Origin: Paramoeba atlantica
Lineage: Eukaryota; Protista; Discosea
Assembly: GCA_977017575.1 (NCBI GenBank)
Contig: CDRNVI010000032.1
Location: 248,001 to 312,000 of the forward strand
DNA: 64,000 nt
Direction of reading: 5' to 3'
Below the pieces are notes generated by a model, which ran no database searches, had not been told where the DNA came from, and was given only the letters and a program-made list of their open reading frames with translations. The position numbers and the translations under genes were made by a program. Each line of letters begins with the position of its first letter. Positions within the stretch are counted from its first letter, which is position 1. Shown here piece by piece: positions 9,994 to 21,352 of this stretch.

Positions 9994-11493
9994 TTAACTT
10001 GCTGAACTTGTTGTTTTCGATCCACTGTTGAGCACATGACTTCGATGATTCTTAAAAGTTGGTCGAATCCATCCAGAAAGAATACAGAGCAGTATTGGAA
10101 TGAGCAATGGGGACAGTGCAACTATGGCTTGCGGAATATCTTCCTTCATACTCGTATATAGGAATTCGTGCTTCAGTAGAGCTTCACTTTTTAGATAGCA
10201 ATGTCTAACATCTGATGCAGTTGATGAATTCTTGCTTAAGCAGTCCCGAAGTGCAATGCAAGACGATATAAAATCATTAGGAGGGGTGATTGATCCCTGA
10301 AACAATACCATGTCCCGTATCTTTTCTTGGTTAGTAGCAGTTGCTTGATGCATAGATTCTACAAGGTGTGTTAATATATTTTCGTCGCTTTGTGACGACA
10401 ATTCCCGTTTCTTCTTTGAACAGGATAAACCCAACATAGCACAAAGATACGCTTGTAAAATCGTTGAATAAATATTACACGAAGGAAGAGAAGAATTCGC
10501 AGGCATTTGAAGGGAAGTACGATTTAAGTCGCGCAAAATTGAAGTTTCCGGAAGGTAACACATAAGACCCTCGACTCCGAATGCAGCACAAGGAGTAAAT
10601 CTTTCATTTGATGTATTCATGGAAGGATGCCAAGCTAATGGCATGTACCTCAATGGCAACACTACAAAGTTTAAGTATATTTTTCTCATACTAGGCGAAT
10701 ATGAGGAAGCGTTGTCCTGGCATAGTGGATGCGATTTCAGATTGGCGCAAGAACTTTGTTGATTTAGTGCACGTATGCAATTCGTTATGTTCTTAGAAAA
10801 CAATTCCTTCCACGTATATGCATACGAGGACAGAGGAGGGTGGAACAATGCTTTTGTATTTACCAAAGCTGAGAAACACTGTGCGGAAATAAATTGAGTT
10901 TCGTAGTCCCACGTGACTGGCAATATTAAAGATAGAAAGTTCTTTGTCTGCGCCAACACACTTTCTACATATGGTGTAATAAAGGCAACATTTTTGGCAA
11001 TGTGTCCACGTGCCACGTACGCCTCCAGTGCTCCTACAGCAATTTTCTCTCCTTGATTTTCTGGAGATGTTGCGAAAAAATTGACGCATAGATGAATCGA
11101 AGAGATCGGATTACTTCTAGTATTTATGGCGAATGATCTATATACCTCAGGAAAAATAAGCCGAGCATCTTTCGTTAAGTTGTGTATCACATTTTCTGAC
11201 GAAGTTTCAAGATAAGTAGTATTTGTACGTATTGGATTCAGATAGTGTAGAACGCTCTTTTCATTTCGTTTACGTGGGTAGAGCAGATTGTTCCAAAGTT
11301 GCGTGACGCGTGAAGAAAACCGGATTCCATGTTCAGAAAGCACATGTTCAGATGATTCAATAACAGCAGTTTCGACTGAAATTTCTTTTGGGCTAGTAAG
11401 GCAAGAAAAGTATTCTGAAAGTCCCAAAGTATGCGCTACAACTAGCATTTGAAGAAGATAAGAAGCAATCAGCCACCATACTGCAAGTCTCAT
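9994..11493 (-). CDS. Membrane protein with N- and C-terminal hydrophobic helices, possible GPI-transamidase PIG-S/TTA1-like subunit
   Basis: Two-TM topology; LQAYLCAMLGL and SEALL...QAIVALSPLLIPILLCIL weakly resemble the PIG-S C-terminus. ORF is clearly real; product tentative. Confidence 0.35.
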   Translation of the reverse strand: MRLAVWWLIASYLLQMLVVAHTLGLSEYFSCLTSPKEISVETAVIESSEHVLSEHGIRFSSRVTQLWNNLLYPRKRNEKSVLHYLNPIRTNTTYLETSSENVIHNLTKDARLIFPEVYRSFAINTRSNPISSIHLCVNFFATSPENQGEKIAVGALEAYVARGHIAKNVAFITPYVESVLAQTKNFLSLILPVTWDYETQFISAQCFSALVNTKALFHPPLSSYAYTWKELFSKNITNCIRALNQQSSCANLKSHPLCQDNASSYSPSMRKIYLNFVVLPLRYMPLAWHPSMNTSNERFTPCAAFGVEGLMCYLPETSILRDLNRTSLQMPANSSLPSCNIYSTILQAYLCAMLGLSCSKKKRELSSQSDENILTHLVESMHQATATNQEKIRDMVLFQGSITPPNDFISSCIALRDCLSKNSSTASDVRHCYLKSEALLKHEFLYTSMKEDIPQAIVALSPLLIPILLCILSGWIRPTFKNHRSHVLNSGSKTTSSAS

Positions 11494-11878
11494 TGATCAT
11501 GCGATGGAAAAACCACTACAATCCATATAAGTCTTGTACCTTTTATTAAAAAGGATTCAAGGAAGCATTTCCTCTACTCAACTTCTCCTCTATAAACAAA
11601 AAAACCGTATTTCACCGAATAATATTTTTGTTCCTGTATTGCTGTCACCCATAGACGAGCCAGTACAAATTGAGACTTATCAATTTCCTTGGTTCCAAAG
11701 CTGAAATGACGAAGTGATGAATCTCGTCCTACGTAGTAACTACTCAGAATTCTATTCTTCGAGTAGTGCTATGATACATGAAACAAGTAATCGGGCAAAA
11801 TAACTTAAAAAAGAACCTGCAGACAGGGATTGAAAATCAAGAAAGTAACAGACGCAGAAAAAAAGCGCATAGTTCATT

Positions 11879-12907
11879 TTACGATCTAATTTCAATACGA
11901 ATGCAGACACTTCCAATAGAAAATTGCATGTCATTAGTTAACTGAAGAGTTTCCATAGTGTACCTCCTATTGTCAACAAAAACGCCCGATTTTCCGTAAT
12001 TTATGACCCAGAACTCTTTTTTGATTTCGTCATAGTACACACAAGCATGAAAGCGCGATATTAGTTTCAAGTTCAGCGTGCGCTCTTCAAGATTTGCCTG
12101 CGATACGCTTTTCGACGTAAGGTCAAAGAAAGATAGCGATACTACGTCGTTGGAATCACGATGTTGAACACTTGTCTCTTTCCTTTGTGTCCCCCTTCCC
12201 AAAATGAGAATGCTTGTGCATTGCTCAAAAGCAAGTTTATTATTGACGTAATATCGAGCCACAGGGCGCAAAAGACTTCTCGGATCTACTCGAGGGCGTT
12301 TCGCTGTCCCCGGCATTGAAAACGCATCGGAGGTTAAAAAGAAAGGGCACACGGCTCGTATCGGTTTTTCTTGCAAGTCGCACGGGAGTACTTCCTTTCG
12401 TGTGATATTTCGTGGCTCGCGTTCCAGGCACTGCTTAGGAATTTCGGCGGAAATCCCGATTGAGCGCATCTTTTTTGATGAGTAAAAACAGGAGGATAAA
12501 AAACTGTGTTTCGATAATAACTCTCGTAAATCTAAAAATCTGGATTCCGCTTTCGGGAAAAATGTGGACCCCGAGTAAAACTGCGTTTTGATTTGTATTA
12601 GTCGTTGCAAAGCCAAAAACACAAGAAAAGCAGGGCTGTCGAGCTCCGGAGAGTTCAATAATTGGTTTACGTCAATCAAAAGAGAGGCGATCCTTTTGGC
12701 AGAAAAATCTTTGAAAAATTTAGGATCAATGAATGGGTATTCTCTATTCTGAACATGTGTTACGATGCGCTCTATGTCTGTTTTCTGGGGCAGTGAGTAC
12801 TCAGTACTTGTGGTATGTCTCCGATCAAGAATAGATTTAAAATCCTGGGTATGCTCTACACTAAATTCTACACTTCGAAGAAAGCGTAGCGAAATATCTA
12901 GTGGCAT
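11879..12907 (-). CDS. C-terminal FHA-domain protein (MCRS1-like)
   Basis: ILILGR...ISRFHACVYY...FWVINYGKSGVFVDN...L....IGSV is an FHA pattern. Confidence 0.65.
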   Translation of the reverse strand: MPLDISLRFLRSVEFSVEHTQDFKSILDRRHTTSTEYSLPQKTDIERIVTHVQNREYPFIDPKFFKDFSAKRIASLLIDVNQLLNSPELDSPAFLVFLALQRLIQIKTQFYSGSTFFPKAESRFLDLRELLSKHSFLSSCFYSSKKMRSIGISAEIPKQCLEREPRNITRKEVLPCDLQEKPIRAVCPFFLTSDAFSMPGTAKRPRVDPRSLLRPVARYYVNNKLAFEQCTSILILGRGTQRKETSVQHRDSNDVVSLSFFDLTSKSVSQANLEERTLNLKLISRFHACVYYDEIKKEFWVINYGKSGVFVDNRRYTMETLQLTNDMQFSIGSVCIRIEIRS

Positions 12908-13164
12908 TATGAGTGCAAAAAATACTCAAAACAAAATGTAAGAATAGTAGAAATACGAAGCCCCCAATTAAAATTTAAGCTTCTACTTAGATTTATCTAC
13001 AAATAATCTACAATTTATCTACTGTATATTAGAAATCTACGTCCCCTATAAGATCTTTCAAAGGAAGTAGCATCGATAAAGGGAATCTATGAGAAAACTT
13101 GAGGTAACGCTGCCCGTAACTCGATATCTTTTGGTCGGAAGACGTGCCATCAATCACTGTATAT

Positions 13165-14013
13165 TCACCCACCATTTTGGTTCATATCTGTATTTTGATT
13201 TTGCATGAGGTCCTTTAATTGAGAAGGCATTGCACCACTACGCCCCATAAGCTGCATTTGTTCGATAGCTTCAACTTTTTCTTTCATCTCTTGGACCTTC
13301 TCGACTCGCTCATCATCCCCAATTATGCTGTCGGAGAACACACTAGTGTGTGCGGCGTGAGTTCTTGGATCATATTGGACCAAATTGTCTGTCATATAAA
13401 TAGGAAGATCGGAACAATCTCGCAAGGAAAGGGACGCTGAGGCGGGTTGCTTCAAAGAATCGGAGTCCTCTCTACCTGAAAAGTTGATTTTATCTTCTAT
13501 TTTTCTCTTGTTTAAAATGTTTGTGTGATATTTTGAATTTTCAGAAAGCAAGGGCTTAACGACTTCGTCAACCGAAGCTCCAGTCCAACGATCATGTTTA
13601 GTTTCAAAAGTGAGATGCTCATTTTTTTGCACACGTTGGCCACGTTGCAAGTTTGCATCCGTATATTTTGCTCCAATTTTTCGTGGGGGTTCCACGCACT
13701 CTCGTGAGTTGTGACCGGGTGCTCCACAATTCGAGCAACACCCAGGACGCCAACGCTTTGGTTTATTTGATTTCAGAAAATAATTCCTCTGACCTTCCTG
13801 CACGTTTTTTTGCTTTTCAGGCATTTTATGATGTCGTAGAGAAGAGTCGGTGCCTTTACCCACATACCAAGGTACGGACGCATAAGTGGTATGTACAGTG
13901 TTGGGAACATAAATTGCATGCAACTTTGACTTGTTGATACTGCTGGGAGTTACAGAACTCTCGACACAACTTTCTTGAGATCGAGATGACTTTGCATCTG
14001 TCATGGTGTGCAT
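13165..14013 (-). CDS. SLU7: Pre-mRNA splicing factor Slu7 (short form)
   Basis: YASVPWY..SSLRHH, WRPGCCSNCGAPGHNSRECVEPPRKIGAKYT zinc knuckle, FETKHDRW. Confidence 0.85.
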   Translation of the reverse strand: MHTMTDAKSSRSQESCVESSVTPSSINKSKLHAIYVPNTVHTTYASVPWYVGKGTDSSLRHHKMPEKQKNVQEGQRNYFLKSNKPKRWRPGCCSNCGAPGHNSRECVEPPRKIGAKYTDANLQRGQRVQKNEHLTFETKHDRWTGASVDEVVKPLLSENSKYHTNILNKRKIEDKINFSGREDSDSLKQPASASLSLRDCSDLPIYMTDNLVQYDPRTHAAHTSVFSDSIIGDDERVEKVQEMKEKVEAIEQMQLMGRSGAMPSQLKDLMQNQNTDMNQNGG

Positions 14014-14204
14014 ATGATGAATTTTTAGGAAAATTGTTCATAAGTTTTAGTACGTGGACACACATAATGCGTAGTAAATATAGTTTATAATATTGCACAT
14101 CCAATTTTGTTTCCAAAACTACATTTAACGTGCGATGTATCTTAATATTTACACAACCAAGAAAGCCGGAGAGAAATTGGTAAAAGTGAGAAAACGTACA
14201 CATA

Positions 14205-14998
14205 CAGGGGGTGGCACGAAAATATGGGGGGGTCAAAATTTTTATAACTTGTACAATTTTGGAAAATAGCACCGCATTCGAGAGCTTTCGCAGAGATACG
14301 TGTCACCTGCTATTGCGTTTCCCGTATCCAGGGGGGCAGGTCCCTATGCCAAAGGGGCTGAAAACAGCAATTGCAAGTTTGAAATTATGAAAAATATGTC
14401 ATTTAATATACACAACCTTCATTATATACACGACCTTCATAATATACACGACCTTCATTTTTTTGTAATGTAATCTTAATACGAGTTGGAACAGTCCTCA
14501 AAGTGTTTAAAAATATTTTGTTCTGTTCACCTTTCAACAATTCAATCCAGATGCGATCGCCGATCGCAATTCTGACCAATTTGTGGGGCATAATGAGCTT
14601 GTGGGACATAAAGGCAGAAAAGGACCCCGTTTCTTCATACTTCTTTACTAAAAGTGTGCGGTGGGTGACCTTAAGCTGTCCACGAGGACTAACAATGCCG
14701 ATCACGGTGCTGTGCACCCTTGCTATTGGAACAAGCCCATTTCTGTGGCATAACGCGGCGGAAAGATAAGAAAAAGAGGGAAAATACCTAAAATACCGAA
14801 AAAATCAATGAAATTGAAGAAAATTGCAAGTTCCGAAAACGTATTTTTTTGTCCAAAATTAAAAAAATTAAAAACAAGGGAAACGCAATAGCAGGTGACA
14901 CGTATCACTGCGAGAGCTCTCGAATGCGGTGCTACTTTCCAAAATTGGACAATTTATACGATTTTTGACCCCCCCCCATATTTTCGTGCCACCCCCTG
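14205..14998 (-). mobile_element. Non-autonomous internal-deletion derivative of the same Tc1-like family, 794 bp
   Basis: About 120-bp TIRs (14205-14323, 14878-14998) starting CAGGGGGTGGCACGAAAATATGGGGGGG; TA at 14203-4 and 14999-15000. Minus strand retains MPQK (ATG 14751), SPRGQLKVTHRTLLVKKYEETGSFSA and KGEQ..FLNTLRTVPTRIKI but no DDE core. Confidence 0.93.
14405..14458. repeat. 18-bp tandem repeat x3 inside the Tc1 derivative
   Basis: (A/T)ATATACAC(A/G)ACCTTCAT at 14405, 14423, 14441. Confidence 0.9.
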
Positions 14999-15232
14999 TA
15001 ATACAGGATACTATACGCATTACAAGTGTTCCCGTACGTTTAGCCCCACTGGAGACGTTTTCCACTTTCACACACATACAGTTTGACCGTTCCCTATGAA
15101 CATCTTTGTATAATCCAATACAGATTAATTGCCACAAACCAGACACGTGCATACGACTCTTATGCGCTTTGAACACTATAAAAGCACTTACATGGATGGG
15201 CAAACTGCCGCAGAGGGACCTCTTGCGAGAAT

Positions 15233-15814
15233 TTATGCGCTCTTCATGTGTGATTCTGATTGAGGAAATAAAGTGCCTAGTTCCGTCATTGATGATTTTA
15301 CTAATCGGTTATTTTGTATCACGTGAACGGTCAAAATGCCTAATATGGGAAGCCAGAAAGCCACAAGCGTTTGCGGGAGTCTCAAAGTTGCGATTCCGTG
15401 AAGGTAAAAAGTGTAAAACAACCAAAGCGTGGTGTGTGCGGCGCAGCCGACGGCAAGTAACACAATACATTCGCTTTCTTCTTGTAATTTCGGGAAGACA
15501 ACGTATAAGGCCAAAGCAATGCACGTAAGAACAGTAACTCCATGTGCAATGCAAAGAAACATCGGCGACACTCGATGATGCCCAAAGCTTTCTTGAGTAT
15601 GAAAAAAATACAAGTGTATTCCAGTGAGTAAAATCCCAATGCTAATCCCGTAAAATTGTGCGAAACGAGCTGTCCATAGGTCGTCCGAGTGCTGCATATC
15701 TTTCCATTGCGTTTCCCACTTTGCTGCGTGATCAACTAACTCTGGATCTGTCATTGTCGTTATTGTGAGTATTAAGTCTAATAAACTCAAACACTCAAGT
15801 ACGCGTAGATTCAT
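15233..15814 (-). CDS. Hypothetical multi-pass membrane protein
   Basis: 193-aa ORF on the polycistron strand with about four hydrophobic segments. Confidence 0.55.
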   Translation of the reverse strand: MNLRVLECLSLLDLILTITTMTDPELVDHAAKWETQWKDMQHSDDLWTARFAQFYGISIGILLTGIHLYFFHTQESFGHHRVSPMFLCIAHGVTVLTCIALALYVVFPKLQEESECIVLLAVGCAAHTTLWLFYTFYLHGIATLRLPQTLVAFWLPILGILTVHVIQNNRLVKSSMTELGTLFPQSESHMKSA

Positions 15815-15975
15815 AGATGCATTCTAAAAATGCAATCAAGACAGTATTTTCCCACCATGTTGCTTTTTCACAACTCTACTTGAACAACCCCAAATTTCTA
15901 GAACGCTACCGACGTGAAAGAACCATCATACCTTGTACATCAAACCCCTGACCCCCCCCCCCTTCCCCCTTTTCT

Positions 15976-17349
15976 TCATTGCCCCACCAACGCTCCCCCC
16001 ATCGTCTCCTCCACCCCCTTATACCCCCTCACCACCCCCTCCACCACCTCTCTCGAACTCACAAACTCCTCCATCCCCTCCCGAAACATGGCATGTTTTT
16101 TATAATTCTCCAAAAACACCCCCCGGTGCCACAACTGGTCAAAGTGCCGCAGCATACGCTGCAGCACCCCGCCCATCCCGGTGTGGTTCCCCAGCATGAG
16201 CCCCCGTACCCTGTAGGGGGAGTCCACGAAAGGGCTCGGTGGACTCACCCCGACGTGGAGGGATCCGGGAACCCAGGGGACAAAGCCGGGGGGGTTGGTG
16301 GCTTTGATCCGGGAGATCGCATTGGAAATCTCCAACGCCTCCACCTCACCTTGGAGGAGATGAACCATCCCGGTGTAGGCTCCGGAGGGGTTGGTGTGAC
16401 GGGAGGGGTTGCCTGCCATGTGGTTGGCTGGGGAGAGCACACGTCGGATAATATCCTGTACGGAAGTTTTTTGAATCCCCGGGGGGTGGTTGGGTTTACC
16501 CAGGTGGAGGGGGGCGTAGCTGGGGATAAGGAAATGACAGGGGGGGAGGGGGACGAGGGTGGCGAGGAGACTCCAGAGGTCAGTGGGGACTACCCCCGGG
16601 AAACGGAGGGGAGCGGTGGTGGCGGCCATTACGGTGGAGACGATGCGGTTCATTTCGTCGACTTTGGGGGCGGTAAGGTGGAGGACTTCGGTGGCGATGC
16701 GGTTGAGGGCGGTGTTGTCGAGGACGATTACCCCGTCGGCGTGTTGGGTGAGACGTTTGAGGGTGAGGATACTGTTGTAGGGCTGTACGATGACGTCCGA
16801 CTCCCCGGTTTTGCTGTGGTTGGGAAACACGCTGTAGGTTTGTACAAGTCTTTTCGGGTAGCGCTCTGAGATTTGTTCTAGGAGATAGGATCCGAGACCA
16901 CTGCCGGTACCCCCGGCAATACTGTGTGTGAGGAGAAAACCCTCGAAGTTGTCTGTGTTTTCAGCCTCGCGATCGATCATGTCAAATAGGTGTTCGGAGA
17001 CGGTATCGGCCAATTCGTAACCGGTTGCCCAGTTGTTTCCGGCACCACCCCCTTCTGGGTGAATATAAATATTCTCTGGATTAAACAGAGCTCCAAGAGA
17101 ACTGCGTTGCACGCCGTGAATTACCCTGGGCTCTAAATCTAGAAGAATAGCACGAGGAATATAATGGTTGTCGTCCGCGGGATAAAAGAAAATCTCTTTG
17201 TGATCAATCACCATATCTGTATTAGATGGGCTTGGCATCGGCATACCATCTGGACCGATGCCGTGCTCCAGGCACAGTTGACGCCAAAACTCGGAACCAA
17301 TTTGATTTCCACATTGGCCACATTGAAGTGTGAGAAGCTCGCGCGGCAT
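15976..17349 (-). CDS. TUBG: Gamma-tubulin
   Basis: [63 protein letters not shown]. Confidence 0.97.
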   Translation of the reverse strand: MPRELLTLQCGQCGNQIGSEFWRQLCLEHGIGPDGMPMPSPSNTDMVIDHKEIFFYPADDNHYIPRAILLDLEPRVIHGVQRSSLGALFNPENIYIHPEGGGAGNNWATGYELADTVSEHLFDMIDREAENTDNFEGFLLTHSIAGGTGSGLGSYLLEQISERYPKRLVQTYSVFPNHSKTGESDVIVQPYNSILTLKRLTQHADGVIVLDNTALNRIATEVLHLTAPKVDEMNRIVSTVMAATTAPLRFPGVVPTDLWSLLATLVPLPPCHFLIPSYAPLHLGKPNHPPGIQKTSVQDIIRRVLSPANHMAGNPSRHTNPSGAYTGMVHLLQGEVEALEISNAISRIKATNPPGFVPWVPGSLHVGVSPPSPFVDSPYRVRGLMLGNHTGMGGVLQRMLRHFDQLWHRGVFLENYKKHAMFREGMEEFVSSREVVEGVVRGYKGVEETMGGALVGQ

Positions 17350-17545
17350 TCGCGACAGCTATGGGTATTCTATAACTTTTTTATTCACTATTCTATAGTT
17401 TATTCTAATTTTATAGTTTATGGTAAGGCTAAGAAATAAAATCTGAGTTTTTTTGGCGCCTTTGATGTACCCTTCAAAATGTTTTTTATGTTTCTGAATA
17501 AAAAATACCAAAAACATAAGAAATCAATGAACATAAAGGAAACAC

Positions 17546-20500
17546 TTACCCGACTTCTTCATCCGAATCCGCTTTTGCATTCTCTTTCGCGGGTATAGAA
17601 TGATGATTTGAATTTGACGTCGTGGTTGGGCGAGCGCACTGCTTTGAAGAGGAAGGACGCTTTGGCCATAACACGCAAGCTCCATCCGGGAGGCACTGCA
17701 AGTGGTATGTAATCCAGTCCACCAATAAGAACCTTGTCGGCAGTGTGGAGTGACCTCCTTCCTCGGAATCTTTTATGTCGCCACTTCTTTTGATCGGTGG
17801 AGTAAGTTTGCTGTCCGCTGGACTTTGCACAATTCCTTGATTAACTGCGTTCCAAGATGTCTTGTCAAAGAGCACATGTGTGTACTGAAGACACTGGGAC
17901 TTGCTGGATATCTCCTGTACGTGATGAACTTGCTGCGCACCGCCGGAATGCAAAATTCGAAGATAGGACTCTGTGCAGGGCCCCGTTGCGCACACTAACA
18001 AACGACACCCGTGAAACGCAAGTTGCCCCGTTTTTTCTCTACGCTCTCGCCATGTTTTGCAGGCATCAGCCAGATGTAAAGTGGCACAGCGCGCCTTAAG
18101 TCCTACTTTGCTTCTGGTCCACTCGTAGTTTGCTTCCTGTAGCCATGTCATGTGACGCGCACAATCATCAAGAAAAACGGGACGGAGAACCCATATGCCA
18201 CGTGCGAGAGCAGTTAGAACAGATTCTCGTTGACTAGGATCTGTGCAGATAAGGTGAGTCGCCGTAGAGATGTCATCAGAATCAACAGAAGCTCCCAGTT
18301 TTTGCATTGCATCGCGAAGTATGACCACATGAGAGTGATCATAGGAAAGTAAACTGAAGACCAACCTTCGATTTTGAGCTGATTTCACAGAATCGAAAGA
18401 CTTGATTTCACTTTGAACAGGATCCAAACTTTGTTTCCGTTCAATCGAGTTGCATCTATTTTCCGATTTTGTTGGAGAATTGACATTTGTTGTCGATATT
18501 TCTCGTGAAGGAGAAAAACGCAGCATTCTTGCCGCTTCGGGTGAGGGGGTGACTTTCAATTCTTCATTTCCAGAGGGATCATTAAATGGTGGTGAATGGG
18601 TTTGATCCTGTGATTGATAGTCAGCAGGAGCTAAAGTGGCATCGTCTTCCTTGGAGTCAGTACCTTTTCTTTCCAAGCTGTGCACTATTGGGTCGCTCCT
18701 GGGCTCAGCGCAAGGTACATGATCATTTGAAGTGAAGTTTTGCTGTTTTTTCGCACCTATTCCAGTTGTCTGTCCTTCGTACTGCGGAAAATTTTCTCCA
18801 ACGGTGGTTTGGTGTACGGCTTCGTCCCAGCGATCTTCAATGGGGGAGTCGTCGGGTGGAGCAGGTGGGGGAATTCCATCGGCGTACTCTCTCACAAAGT
18901 AACCCGCACGCGCACTGCGCTCGATCCAGGATGGATCCACCACTAGAGGACGTCTCACTGAGCTGTCTGCCGTCGCGCGAACCACATGGGAAGCCCCGGC
19001 GGGACTATCCCAGATCATTCCCCCGAGGGCTGTAATAGCCATGCGTATGGGAGTAAGTTCTGTACTCAGTTCCCGATCAATGTGTATGATAATTGTGCCG
19101 GAGTACATGGACGGGGGTGGTGACGCTCGTCGCGGTCTTGGCATAATAGGCTCAAAGTACCATATCCATGAAATGGAACACGACGCGGTATTAATGTCAT
19201 GCTCATTAAGACCATTCGCGGATGCAACCTTATCGTTTTGAACCGATAATCCCCCAGGGGCACAGCTTTTCCGCTCGACACACATTTCAACCCACGTGGA
19301 AGTTACTTTAAGCGGAGCACCAGTGGAAGAACGCTGTGTGACATCTGAAGGAGTACCCAAAGGAGAGTTTGCTTCTAAAAAAGATACCCAAGGAGGAGTT
19401 GGCTGAATCGCTATGCTTGGCGAAAAATTTGAATGAGGCATCAAGCGTTCATGTGAATGTGGAACGACATGACAGGATGGTACTGCCTTTTCCGAGGACA
19501 AGCTAAGCACTCGCCCTCCATGTTTCATAACAAGGTTTTCGAGTTCTTGCAGTCTTTCATGAACAAATTCGTAAGAAAAAGTAAAAGAAACTCCGAGAAA
19601 CGTTTCTGATTCCATCAGAATCTCGTCTTGTGATTCTTTAGAGGGTTTCCCGCCTTCCGACCACGTGCTTTCGTTCAGAGCTTCATTTTTTCGAGTTTTC
19701 ACACCATCGTGTGAAGCAGAGATAATAGGCATCTCGACGAGAGGACTGACAGACACCTCCTTTTCGCTTGTTGTTGAAGGAAGTGACCTGTGGCGCGCAT
19801 CAGCTTCCGAAGTATCAGCCTTGGAAGAAATATCTACTTGGTTAAAAGGGTAGACGTACATATCAGAAAAACCTTCTTTTCGGTTTAAGAGACTGTCTAC
19901 TATCCAGCGACTCGTGACAACACGACTTAAGGGTATACAATACCGAGAAAGCAGTGTGCGCAAGGAATCTTCCACGTGAGAGGAAAGCCGAGTTTGTGTT
20001 TCTGAATGAACAATAACGATATGTGTACAGAGTGGTAAAAGACATGGTGTAATGACTGAGCCAGCAAGTATACCACCTCGACGTAGTAAAAAGAAATTTC
20101 GTTCTAATGAGTGCAGTATACTTGAAATCTGTTCCCTAGCGTCTCCATGGAGATGTGATGGACTGTAGGACTGTAATATGGTCATGATATCCGTTGCAGA
20201 CCATGTATTTAAACCCACATCGGGCTGCGTGCTTTGAGTTTTAACATCGGAAGAAAAAGGTACGGCATCCACTCGAGGTGTTGAACTCTGAATTTCAGTT
20301 GCCACAGTACTTAAGAAGTACGTGACGCATCCTGAGAGAAAAGGCGTACTCGAAAATGTTGTCAAAGCATCGAATAATTTTTCCAAAAGATTAGTAGTCA
20401 AACGTTTAAAGTGTGAGGCGTGTTGCTCAAAGTGTGGCACCATGTTACTCTTCGCATGGGTGGTACGAAACTCTTCATACAACGCTCGACGTGCATCAGC

Positions 20501-21352
20501 TTCCTGGAAATTTTTCCTCGCGTTTTCTTTGAGAAGCACACCGCAGTATTCTTGCGCCTCGTCGTAGCTGAAAGGCTCAATAATTTCCAAAGAGGTAGTC
20601 CCAGTTTCCTTTGAAATTCCAGATAATTTTACCGGCGTCTTGCTTGAGGAGCGCTTCGAAGACTCAATTCTAGGTTTTTTAATATCAGTTTCTAAATCTC
20701 CAGCCAAATCATAAAATGGGGTGGCTCTACATATATCCGTAATTTCACATTCGACGACAAGTCCACTTTGCAGAGCAACGAGCCAACAATCATGTACAAC
20801 CGAAATGTTGTGACGCTCAGCAAATACAACCTTGGCATTTTTCTCTTTCATTCGCCAGTTGAAGTCTCGATCAACAAGCAAATGAGACACATTGACCGTC
20901 AAATGACCTTGATAAATTCCCCCTAGATCGCGAACCTTGTCAGCAAGTAAAGCTCTGGAAGAGGGGCTGTGTCCCGTAACACAAATGCAATATCCAGTAA
21001 GAGGCTTAACACTAAAATTGGACGATAAATCAGGTTTTGGCGGAGAAATATGGGTGTGTTCGGGGTGTTCCTGACCACCTAGGGACATTGGTCTTTGTGC
21101 CACACTAAGTCCAAGGATCCTATTGCAACGAATAGACTCGCGCACCCATGTCTCCGCAACAAGAGCAACATTACCCAACTGCCGCGCCGCAACACATTTT
21201 TTTGTCGACCCCCGATTCGCCACGATATGCGTTAGGTCGGTAGCGGCGTCGGCAGAAAAGTTTCCACCCCGTGATTCTACTAACTCCCGTAATTCAGATC
21301 TTTTATTTATCGAGAAGCCTGATGAAGTAAACCGAAGCCCAGAGAACAACAT
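17546..21352 (-). CDS. Multi-BRCT protein, TopBP1/Dpb11-like
   Basis: N-terminal tandem BRCTs (VESRGGNF...THIV...K...W; LGGIYQGHLT.NVSHLL...W), a central BRCT and a C-terminal pair (KLGASV...ATHLIC...LARGIWVLRP.FL). Confidence 0.75.
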   Translation of the reverse strand: MLFSGLRFTSSGFSINKRSELRELVESRGGNFSADAATDLTHIVANRGSTKKCVAARQLGNVALVAETWVRESIRCNRILGLSVAQRPMSLGGQEHPEHTHISPPKPDLSSNFSVKPLTGYCICVTGHSPSSRALLADKVRDLGGIYQGHLTVNVSHLLVDRDFNWRMKEKNAKVVFAERHNISVVHDCWLVALQSGLVVECEITDICRATPFYDLAGDLETDIKKPRIESSKRSSSKTPVKLSGISKETGTTSLEIIEPFSYDEAQEYCGVLLKENARKNFQEADARRALYEEFRTTHAKSNMVPHFEQHASHFKRLTTNLLEKLFDALTTFSSTPFLSGCVTYFLSTVATEIQSSTPRVDAVPFSSDVKTQSTQPDVGLNTWSATDIMTILQSYSPSHLHGDAREQISSILHSLERNFFLLRRGGILAGSVITPCLLPLCTHIVIVHSETQTRLSSHVEDSLRTLLSRYCIPLSRVVTSRWIVDSLLNRKEGFSDMYVYPFNQVDISSKADTSEADARHRSLPSTTSEKEVSVSPLVEMPIISASHDGVKTRKNEALNESTWSEGGKPSKESQDEILMESETFLGVSFTFSYEFVHERLQELENLVMKHGGRVLSLSSEKAVPSCHVVPHSHERLMPHSNFSPSIAIQPTPPWVSFLEANSPLGTPSDVTQRSSTGAPLKVTSTWVEMCVERKSCAPGGLSVQNDKVASANGLNEHDINTASCSISWIWYFEPIMPRPRRASPPPSMYSGTIIIHIDRELSTELTPIRMAITALGGMIWDSPAGASHVVRATADSSVRRPLVVDPSWIERSARAGYFVREYADGIPPPAPPDDSPIEDRWDEAVHQTTVGENFPQYEGQTTGIGAKKQQNFTSNDHVPCAEPRSDPIVHSLERKGTDSKEDDATLAPADYQSQDQTHSPPFNDPSGNEELKVTPSPEAARMLRFSPSREISTTNVNSPTKSENRCNSIERKQSLDPVQSEIKSFDSVKSAQNRRLVFSLLSYDHSHVVILRDAMQKLGASVDSDDISTATHLICTDPSQRESVLTALARGIWVLRPVFLDDCARHMTWLQEANYEWTRSKVGLKARCATLHLADACKTWRERREKTGQLAFHGCRLLVCATGPCTESYLRILHSGGAQQVHHVQEISSKSQCLQYTHVLFDKTSWNAVNQGIVQSPADSKLTPPIKRSGDIKDSEEGGHSTLPTRFLLVDWITYHLQCLPDGACVLWPKRPSSSKQCARPTTTSNSNHHSIPAKENAKADSDEEVG

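Noticed and set aside
15979-16869. Long plus-strand and alternative-frame ORFs over GC-rich islands (also 30771, 33642, 35330, 40585, 46185, 46664)
   Set aside because: Stop-poor shadows of skewed sequence overlapping conserved minus-strand genes; low-complexity products.
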